Shown: one piece after another, positions 45,692 through 54,242 of the stretch
How the letters are laid out: every line of letters begins with the position of its first letter
Position numbering within the stretch: position 1 is the first letter of the stretch
DNA from: Prasinococcaceae sp. CCMP 1430
Taxonomy: Eukaryota; Plantae; Prasinodermophyta
Length of the DNA stretch: 64,000 nt
Assembly: GCA_013416795.1 (NCBI GenBank)
Contig: RQSC01000806.1
Span: 62,001-126,000, forward strand
Direction: 5' to 3'
Made by a program: the position numbers and the translations under genes
Notes under the pieces: generated by a model
What the model was told of the DNA's origin: nothing
Database searches by the model: none
The model's input: only the letters and a program-made list of their open reading frames with translations

Positions 45692-46207
45692 GTGCGGGCG
45701 GCCGCGGCGCCGCTGCTGCTGCTGCGCGCAGGCCGGCGGGTGTGGGCGGAAAGGGAGGGGGGGGGAGGGTTGCTGCTGCTGCTGCTGCTGCTGCTGCGGT
45801 GGCGATGCCTGATAGTGTTGGTCTAGCGAGCATCAGCGCAGTCCATCCGTGGAGGTCGCTGGCCTTGTTCGCGTCGGCGCGTCCGCCGCGTCCGCTACGC
45901 CGCGCGGCGAGACGGACACAGCGCGTGACGCGTGTGGCGCGGCGGTCGTGCACGTGCAGCGGCCCAGCGTGAGGGGCGGGGCGCCCACCGCCGGGCGCTC
46001 GCGCACCGACCTCCAAGGTCCGCGCGCTGACACTGACAATGCCGGCCTCTCTTGTCGGGTCGGCATGCTTCGAAACTCCAGCAAATTGAATTTGCCGTCA
46101 ATTCACCCGAAGCAAGCAAAAGTTGCTCCCTTCTGACAACGGCTAATATGTACTGTAGCTGTTCCGTGGATGGGCCATGGACATTTCGGCTTTAGGATGG
46201 GACTCAG

Positions 46208-46247
46208 TCTATATAAACCCGGGTATTTCTATATAAACCCGGGTATT
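46208..46247 (+). promoter_or_regulatory. Perfect 20-bp tandem duplication containing a TATA box, upstream of peroxiredoxin
   Basis: TCTATATAAACCCGGGTATT x2, ending 22 nt before ATG 46270. Confidence 0.65.
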
Positions 46248-46269
46248 CCATACCGTAAAGACTCATTTT

Positions 46270-47424
46270 ATGGCGTCGCGTCCTGGTCCAGCCAATAGTA
46301 TCAGAACGAGCAAGAGAGTCTGCTCGTCTACTCGAGTACATGGTCACAAACGATTACGCGGTCAGTTCGACGTGACCCCTCCCCCCCTTCGCTTTCGAAG
46401 CTTTCAGGGTCTGGGAATGGCTGTGACCGAAGTGTGTTGTGATGGTACATTTGCCTGGGCGACAGGGCGACATGGCTTCTTAACCCTTAAAAACCCCGGG
46501 TTCGGTGCCACCGCGTGCTCGCTACCAGCGGCGGGCGGCGCGCACGCGCTCATGCCGAGGCAGCAGGCGCCCGCGTACAAGGCGACGGCCGTCGTCGGCG
46601 AGGCGTTCCAGAGGGTCGACTCCGAGAGCATGAAGGGATCCTGGCAGGTGTAAGTGCGCACGCGTGCGGCCCGATCGCGCGCGCCCCCAGGAGGCGCAGG
46701 CTGGCAGCGGCTGACACGCGGCGCGGGCGCGCCCAACGCGGCCCGGCGCGCTCGGCGCCCAGGCTCTTCTTCTACCCCTTCGACTTTACGTTCGTGTGCC
46801 CGACCGAGATCGTGGCGTTCTCAAACGCCGTGGACGACTTCGCGGCCATCAACACGAAGGTGGTGGCCGTCAGCACGGACTCAAAGTTCACGCATCTGCA
46901 GTGGGTGCGCACGCCGCGCGACCAGGGCGGCCTCGGCCCGGTCAAGCTGCCTCTGATCGCTGACGTCAGCAAGGACATCTCGCGCGCATATGGGATGCTC
47001 GTCGAAGATCCCGAGGATGAGCTGTACGGGGCGGCGCTGCGGTACGGCGCGCGCGCGCGAGTTCGCGAGCGCGAGCCGAGCGAGTTCGCGAGCGCGAGCC
47101 GCGAGAGCGCCGCCCCGGCCCTGGAGGCCACCGTGCCGCGTCGCCAGCGCGTTGCGGAGGAACTGACACGGACGGCGGTGGCGCCCGCGGTCCACCAGCG
47201 GCGTGTTCATTATCGATCCTCAAGGAACGATTCGCTCCATAACCGTCAACGACGAGGCCGTCGGGCGCTCGGTCGACGAGGCCATGCGCATCGTCAAGGG
47301 CTTCCAATACGCAGACGAGCACGGCGAAGGGTGCCCCGCCAACTGGCAGCCAGGCGCCAAGACGATCGTGCCCGACCCTGACGCGAGCAAGAAGTTCTTC
47401 GGCGAGTGGTCGAAGGAGGTATAG
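46270..47424 (+). CDS. PRX: Typical 2-Cys peroxiredoxin (AhpC/TSA); exons 46270 (or 46417)..46649, 46763..47041, 47199..47424
   Basis: WQV|[23 protein letters not shown]|GVFIIDP, GRSVDE, and the resolving GCPANW; all junctions are in phase. Confidence 0.93.
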
Positions 47425-47637
47425 GCGCACGGCAAACAAACGAGCACGCAAGAGCGCGCGCGCGAGCGAGCTGAACAAGCGTGGGTGTGGCGCGCCGGGT
47501 ATACATCGATTTTGGCGTTACTCGCAGTGCTGGAGACGCGCGTGCGGATCGGATCGTGTGCGCGTGGCGCGCGCGCCCGAGGCAAACAGGAGTGACCGCC
47601 GCTTGTCGGCTACGAGCGCCGACGCGAGTGCTCGCAC

Positions 47638-50562
47638 TCACGCGTATCCCGCATCGCTCCCCTCCTGATCGGTTGCCTCCGCCGCGGCGACCCTGGCGGC
47701 GGCCTCCGCGTCCAGCTTAGACGCAGGCGCAGCCTTGCCTGCCCTTCTCCGACCGCTTGCTGCTGTCCTTTTCTCCGCCGCTGCTGCTGTCACTGTGGCC
47801 GCGGTCGCCGCGGCTGCGGCGGCTGCAGCAGCGGCGTCGGCCGCGCGCTCGTGGTCCCATTTCTCGCCCGGCGGCAGCTGCTTGACGAACTGGCCCCGGT
47901 AGCGCGGGCGCTGCACCGCGAGCCGCTGCCTGCTCGCGTAGCGAACCTTCTTCTCGAAGCAGCGCATCTTCTTCTTGCGCCTGTACTTGGCGAGCGCCGC
48001 TGCGCGCGCCTCCTTATCCATGCGCACTGGGAGCACCGTCCCGTCGGGGGCGGTCGCAGGAGGGGCGTGGTCAGACGAAGTCGCTCCCGCGCCCGCAACC
48101 CCAGCAGTGCTCGTGCCTGCGCCGGTACCGTCGGAAATGCCAGAGGGTCTCTGGATTCTCCACGCGCGACGCTCCTCCTCGGGTGTGCCGGCATCCGGTT
48201 CTGCAGCCGGCGCCGCCGGTGGGTCGGACATTGCGCGCGCGTCTGGGCCGGCTGTGTCCTGGAGTGAGCCTGAGGCGCAGCCGGACGCGCCCGCCCTTCC
48301 CGCTCCCGAGTGTGTCACCGCAGTTTTGGTCGGTGCCGGCGTGGCGCCGGGGTGGCTCTTTAGCGCCTTAGCACGGTTGCGCACGCCGCTCGGGCCCGAG
48401 CGCCCACGCTTGGTAGCCTCCGACCCGCCGCGCGCGCCGCCGACCGCAGCTAGCTGCTTGCCACCGCGGTCGAAGCGCTTCGCAGCGTCCCTCGCGGGGA
48501 GGGACTGCAGCGAAATCATCGACGACAGAGCGTTGGCGCCCATCGAAGAGGCGAGCGCGGCGGCGTGCATAGGCAATGTGCCGATAGGGTAGCCGTACGG
48601 CGCGCCCGGGGCGACCGGCATCACTGGGGGGAAGTTCGCAAGCCGGCGTGCGGCGTCGGCGATGGCCGCCTGGGCCGCTGCATCAATGGGAAGGCCCGCT
48701 GCACCGCCGCCGTTGCGACCGCTGTCGCCATTGCCGCTGCCACCGACCTCCTCTGCCTTGGTGGGGTCGCTCTTCGGATTCGACTGGTCGGCGTCGCCGC
48801 TCCTCAGGGCTCCCGGGCCGTCATTCGCCTGACCGGCGGCGCGCTTGGGCGACTGCGGCACCGGGCCGAACGCAGACAGCAAGCCTGAGCCGAGTTTGCG
48901 CTGCCTGTCCTTCGACGAAAGGAACGACAGCCGCCCGGGCGCGGGCCTGCCTGCGGCGCTGTCGAGCGCCTGAGACTGCGGCGTGCCTTCCTTCACCTCC
49001 CGCTCGTACACGCTCTTGGCGCTCTTCGCTTTGGCGCCCTCGCTGCTATTCTTCTTGGTATCTTCTGTGGCCTTCGCAGCGGCGTCGGGCCCGTCTGGCT
49101 GGCCCTGCTGCTGCGCTTGCGGCGGGCGTTGCCCTTGGCCACGCCACTGCCAGACATGTGCACCGCCATGACCCGCCACCACTGCGGCCTCGGCGGCCTC
49201 GAGTGCCTGCGCGACCGTGACGTTCTTCCCTCCGCCCTCGCCGTCCATGGCGCGCGCCGCCGTGCCCATGCTCTTCGCGACGAGCTCGCCCGCGGTGGAG
49301 CCGTACATGATCGCGCCGATGCTATGCGCCAGGCGCTTGACGTCCTCGGCCGTGGCGGCGGCCTCCACGGCAGCGGGGACGGCGTCGTCGCCGCCGGCAG
49401 CGTGTGCAGTCGCCGCGTTGTGCGTGTTTTGCTCGCCCGCCTTGGTACATAGGTTTCCGCTGCCCGCATTCGTGCCGTTTTCCGAGCCCGAGCCCGCCTG
49501 CTCGCCGCTGTGCCCTGCGCCGCTGCGGCTCTTGCCGTTGCTGCCGCCGCTGCCCACCGCGTCGCCGGCGGCGGCCTCCTCCTGCTCGCAGCGCCCGCAC
49601 GCGCCAGCGTCATTTGAGCCGTCGCTGCCGCCGCTGCCAGCATTTCCATCGCCCGCGCCGCCGTCGTGCGCACGCCCCGCGCCACCTCCGTCTGTGGCGG
49701 CGTCGCCCGCCGCCGGCCTGTTCTTGCGCTGCTGGCGCTGCTGGCGCCAGATGTGCTGCCAGAGGATGGTGAGCTCGTTGGTGCGCACGGGCTTCACCAG
49801 GTAGTCCGCCGCGCCCGCCTCGAGCGTGCGCATGACCGACGCGGGATCGTCGTCGTCGGACATGCAGATGAAGGGAATGCGCGGGAAGGGACCCTCGCGC
49901 ACGGCCTTGAGCACGTCGAGGCAGCGCTCCGTTTGCTGCTCCTCGCTGCCGCTGCCGCTCTCTGTGAGGATGTTGCCGCTGCCGCTGCCCGCGTTGCTGC
50001 CGTTGTGGCTGACGGGCCCACGCAGCTGGTCGCACAGCACCAGGTCAAAGGGCGCTTCCTGCGCGTCCTCGTCGTCGCCGGCCACCGTGGCCTCGAGCAC
50101 CTTGATCGCCTCCGCCGCGGACTCCACTGCCGTGACGGTGTACCTGCACGCTTCGAGCATCTCCCCGGTGCGCCTGCGCGAGGCGGCGTCCTCCTCGACC
50201 AGCATGACGTGTAGCCGGCGCGTCTGGTCGGCCGAGGAGAGCGAGCGCGAGCGGGTGGCCTTCTCGGCGGCGCGCCTCCTCTTCCCCCCTTGTGACAGCT
50301 GCTGCCTCCCCTCGTCCGAGGGCGGCCTGCCCGACTGCTGCAGGGCGAGCTCGTGCTGGGGCGCCTGCTGCGGCGGCGGCTGCGCCGGCTGGGCCTCCTG
50401 CGCCTGCGCCTCCTTCGCCTCCCGTGGGCCCTGCGGCCCGTACTGTTTTCCTGTCCCCGCCTCTTCCGGGGTGGCGCGCCGCCCCGCGGCCGCGCCGCGC
50501 TCGCTGGCGTGCATGTGCTGCAGGTGCAGGATTTGCTGGCGCTCGCTGCGCCGCCTGGGCAT
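47638..50562 (-). CDS. PRR: Response-regulator receiver + CCT domain protein (PRR/TOC1-like clock component)
   Basis: HVMLVEED..FDLVLCD..GAADYLVKPVRTNELTILWQHIWR receiver; CCT RAAALAKYRRKKKMRCFEKKVRYASRQRLAVQRPRYRGQFVKQ; intronless 974 aa. Confidence 0.9.
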   Translation of the reverse strand: MPRRRSERQQILHLQHMHASERGAAAGRRATPEEAGTGKQYGPQGPREAKEAQAQEAQPAQPPPQQAPQHELALQQSGRPPSDEGRQQLSQGGKRRRAAEKATRSRSLSSADQTRRLHVMLVEEDAASRRRTGEMLEACRYTVTAVESAAEAIKVLEATVAGDDEDAQEAPFDLVLCDQLRGPVSHNGSNAGSGSGNILTESGSGSEEQQTERCLDVLKAVREGPFPRIPFICMSDDDDPASVMRTLEAGAADYLVKPVRTNELTILWQHIWRQQRQQRKNRPAAGDAATDGGGAGRAHDGGAGDGNAGSGGSDGSNDAGACGRCEQEEAAAGDAVGSGGSNGKSRSGAGHSGEQAGSGSENGTNAGSGNLCTKAGEQNTHNAATAHAAGGDDAVPAAVEAAATAEDVKRLAHSIGAIMYGSTAGELVAKSMGTAARAMDGEGGGKNVTVAQALEAAEAAVVAGHGGAHVWQWRGQGQRPPQAQQQGQPDGPDAAAKATEDTKKNSSEGAKAKSAKSVYEREVKEGTPQSQALDSAAGRPAPGRLSFLSSKDRQRKLGSGLLSAFGPVPQSPKRAAGQANDGPGALRSGDADQSNPKSDPTKAEEVGGSGNGDSGRNGGGAAGLPIDAAAQAAIADAARRLANFPPVMPVAPGAPYGYPIGTLPMHAAALASSMGANALSSMISLQSLPARDAAKRFDRGGKQLAAVGGARGGSEATKRGRSGPSGVRNRAKALKSHPGATPAPTKTAVTHSGAGRAGASGCASGSLQDTAGPDARAMSDPPAAPAAEPDAGTPEEERRAWRIQRPSGISDGTGAGTSTAGVAGAGATSSDHAPPATAPDGTVLPVRMDKEARAAALAKYRRKKKMRCFEKKVRYASRQRLAVQRPRYRGQFVKQLPPGEKWDHERAADAAAAAAAAAATAATVTAAAAEKRTAASGRRRAGKAAPASKLDAEAAARVAAAEATDQEGSDAGYA

Positions 50563-51668
50563 GCCGCCCGCGCCGTCCCATCCGGCGAGCGCCGCNTACG
50601 CCTACGCCGACGGCTACCATGTCAACGACCTTGGTAACGCCCACCCGCTCCCCTAAGCAAGCACAGCACCACACGCCCCTCATGCGCGCGCGCACCCCTG
50701 CGCACAGCGCCGCCCGCCGCCGCCTGCCGCGCGCTTTTCCCTCGGCGGCCGCGCGTCCTTCCGCTTCCCCCCGGATTCGCCGCCCTCCTTCCGCGAGACC
50801 GCCCGCCCCTACCGAATCCGTCCCCACCTCTCCGCGTGGTGGCGCTTTCGCCGGGCAAAAACTCCGCGAAAAAAAAGACGCGCGCGGGCGCGCGCCGCCC
50901 CAGGCGCGCGCCCGCCCGCAGAGATATTTTCTGCAACTTTTACTTTTTGTTTTTACTTGATGCTCCCTTTTGCGCAGACACGCATGCACAGACGGGGAGA
51001 CAGGCACGCGCCGTTCAACAAGAAGCAGCACGCCAGAGTCCAGCGGCGGGGGGCGGCAGCAACATCAAACTCACGCTGTATCACGGTGCCATCATCGTGC
51101 CATCATTTATTTCATGGGAATGCCCGCTGCTGCAGCCGCAACCGACCGAACCGACGAGGCTCCCGACCCACAGACCGAACCCGGAGACAGCCACAGCCAA
51201 TCAGCCGACCGACCGAGTGGGCGTGCGCGGTGATTCGTTTTTGTTGCGCCCACATCCTATTGGACCATTGCCGTTTTCGTCGCCGGCCGGTGCCGGAAGG
51301 AAGGGCGGGCCTTGTTTTGTCCATCGTTTTCGGGGGTTCGACGGCGACGTTTGGCGCGCGCGGCGCGCGCTCTTTTTTTTTCGGGCGCCGCCGCTGCGCG
51401 CGCGCGCGCGCGCGCGCTTTTCGCCTGGCGCGACAGGGCGGCGCGCTCGCGGNNNNNNNNNNNNNNNNNNNNNNNNNNNNNNNNNNNNNNNNNNNNNNNN
51501 NNNNNNNNNNNNNNNNNNNNNNNNNNNNNNNNNNNNNNNNNNNNNNNNNNNNNNNNNNNNNNNNNNNNNNNNNNNNNNNNNNNNNNNNNNNNNNNNNNNN
51601 NNNNCGCCGCGTTCGACGGGTCGGTGCGGGGGTGGTGCGGGGCGGGGCCGTGGGCGCCGCGACGCGAT

Positions 51669-53131
51669 ATGGCCGAGCTCGGCGCGCACTGCCACGGCAA
51701 GGGGCGCGTGCGCGTCGCGCGCCGCTGGCCGGCGGCGCGCTCGGGCACGGGCCGCGATGAGGTGAGTGGACGCGGGCGGCGCGCGAGCGCGGGCCTGGAG
51801 GCGGGGGGTAAGGGGGAGCGCCGGCGACCCCCAGCATTCGTTCGATGCGATGTGTGCGCCACGCCTCGTCACGCGCGCCTCGGAGTGCGCGCGGGCCACT
51901 GACGCGACCAGCCGCGGCGCACCGCGCCGCACCGCGCGCTGGCGCACGCAGGTGCGCGAGTGGAACGTGCAGGTGCTCCTCGAGAGCGACGCGAACAGAG
52001 TGAGCTACACGCGTGGCGACAACAGCCCGGTGGTGGCGACCGACTCGATCAAGAACTCCGTGTACGTGACCGCGAAGTCGCTCGTGACTCCGACCTCCGC
52101 CGAGGACTTCGCCGCGCTCGTCGCGGCGAGCCTGCTCAGCCGCTACCCACGCCACTCGCGCGTTGTTGCTGAGGTCAGCGAGGTGCCTTGGGTGCGCGCA
52201 AACGGCGGCGTCGCCGGTGACGTGCCGCACGACCACGGCTTTGTGAGCTGCGGCGCCGGCGGGGTGCGCACGGTCACCGCAGAGGCGCGGGCGCTCTCGC
52301 CCGCGATGGGAGAGGTGGAGCTCACGTCGGGCGTGCGCGAGCTGCGCGTGCTCAAGAGCACGCAGAGCGGCTGGGAGGGATTCGTCAGGGACGGGCTCAC
52401 CATGCTGCCGCCCACGCGCGAGCGGATGCTCGCCTCGTCGGTCAGGTGGGTGCGCCGCGTGGCTGGCGTGCCGATGGGCGTGCGCGTAGGATGTGTGGGC
52501 GCAGGCGCTTTCAGGTGGAGGGTCCGGGAGACTGACGTGCGGCGCGCGAACGGCACGCGCGCTCGCCCAACCGCGCGCGCGCCTCGCAGGGCCACGTGGA
52601 CGTACGCCGCCGGAGCTCGGCGCTTCGCGCGCGGCGCGGAGCTCCCGGTCATCTCCCCGGACGTGTCGGTGGGCTGCTATGAGCGCCTGGCCGGCGACGT
52701 CGTGCGCGCGCTCAAGGGCGCCTTTTACGGCCCCCCAAAGGGAGGCCACTACTCGCCGGGCGTGCAGGCGACGCTCTACGAGATGGGTGCCGCCGCGCTC
52801 GCCGCAACTCCTGCGCTGGCGAACATCACGCTCGCGATGCCCAACCTGCACTTCAATCCTTGCCGCATCGGCGCGCCCGTGAGCGTCGTCTTTGAGGTGA
52901 GCCGGCGAGCGCGCCTGGCGCCCCGGCCCGCCGCGCGTCCTTGCAGTCGCGGACGCGAGCATCCTGCCGCGCCTAAGTGTACCGCGGTGCGTGAAACCGT
53001 CCCGGACGGACCGCTGACCGCCGGCGCGCGCCCCTGCTTCCCCCTCCCGGCAGGACGACATCTTCGTCCCGGTCGACGAGCCGCATGGCATGATCCAGGC
53101 GACCGTGCAGAGGCCTAGGGCGCGCATGTGA
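51669..53131 (+). CDS. UOX: Urate oxidase (uricase) with PTS1-like C-terminus; exons 51669..51761, 51952..52445, 52590..52896, 53054..53131
   Basis: HGKGRVRV, GDNSPVVATDSIKNSVY, LKSTQSGWEGF, SPGVQATLY, MPNLHF, IFVPVDEPHGMIQATV; ends ARM*. Confidence 0.93.
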
Positions 53132-53608
53132 GCGCCGCGGCGCTACGTTCGCGGCCGGCGCGCCGCGTCGAGGCGCGCTGGAGCGTTGCCGAGCAGCCCA
53201 GGGGGTTGCGAGGCGCGCGTTGTAGGCGGACTCGCGAGCCTCCCCCTCCCCCCCTCCCTGTACACAATTTGATGTAAAAATGATGCCATTGCGTCAACAG
53301 CCGCGGCCGCGCTGCCCCAAAAAAAAACGCGGCGAGTAAATTTGGAGGATGTCGTTCCGAGACTCATATTGATATGTGATAAGACCACATTTGCGGAATA
53401 AGCACTCATTTTCGTGGCGAGCGTCGTTTTCCAACAATGAGCGCGCGCTCGTCGCACGCTCGAGGCGGGGGAGGGGGCGCCACATGCCGCGCGCGCGCGG
53501 CACGCGGCGCGGGGGGGAGAGGGGGGGGCGTGCGCCCGCGTGTCGACGGCTTGAGCAGGACTGTGTGCCTGCCGCTTTCGCGGGGCTGTAGTGGTGCTGC
53601 CTGTTGCC

Positions 53609-54195
53609 ATGGGGACGAGGCGTCCCGTGAAATGGAATCCGCTCGCGGCGTGCATGCCAGAGCCTGGAAGCGAGTCTATCGCGGGCAACGCCGGCGCTCG
53701 GGCGGGCGGGCCAGGAGGGGCTACAGACGCGCCGCCTGGCGCTGAGAGCATGGCGCGCGTTCCCGACGACCCGACGGTGCCAGGGGAGCCCGCGCCGGGA
53801 CCACGAACGGTGCGTGCTGCCAAGCTGCCACTCGCGAACGCGTGCCTCTCGCGCTGTCGTGCGCGCGTGCCGTGTCGCTGACGATGCGCACGCGCGCGCT
53901 GCTCTTGCCCGCGCGTGAGCAGCCCGAGTGGTGGCGTGCTGAGGCGCTGCGCCTAGAGAAGGAGCGCGAGGCGCTGCAGATCGAGCTTTCGCGGCGCGAG
54001 GAGGTTCTCAACGACCTGTTGGCCGAGGACCGAAAAGATGGGGTCCGGCTCGTAGAGCTCGAGGCCGAAGTCAAGGCCATGGACGAAGAGCTCGCGCAAC
54101 TTCGCCAGCGGCTTGAGCAGGCCTCGCTGGCTCAGTCAAGGCGCGAAGGGGCCGGCGGCTGGAGGAGGTGGTTAAGCGGAGGAGGGGCGGCGTGA
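53609..54195 (+). CDS. Small uncharacterised coiled-coil protein; inferred exons 53609..53809, ~53920..54195
   Basis: Phase-0 ACG|GTGCGT donor and GAG/CAG acceptor; heptad-like EALRLEKEREALQIEL..LAQLRQRLEQ. Confidence 0.55.
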
Positions 54196-54242
54196 ACGCT
54201 TCGCACACAAAAAATAATGCTGCCATCGTATTGTCGCGCGCA

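Noticed and set aside
46095-46105. CCGTCAATTC match to a conserved SSU rRNA primer site
   Set aside because: Only 10 nt match and the flanks diverge immediately; there is no rRNA-like context.
51952-53118. Unusually long uricase read as one ORF
   Set aside because: The extra segments have canonical splice sites; the 144-nt intron 2 is simply in frame and stop-free.
9380-53131. Purine/ureide catabolism cluster (uricase, Ldh_2 enzyme, SAMHD1)
   Set aside because: The genes are tens of kb apart with many unrelated genes between, and the Ldh_2 substrate is unknown.
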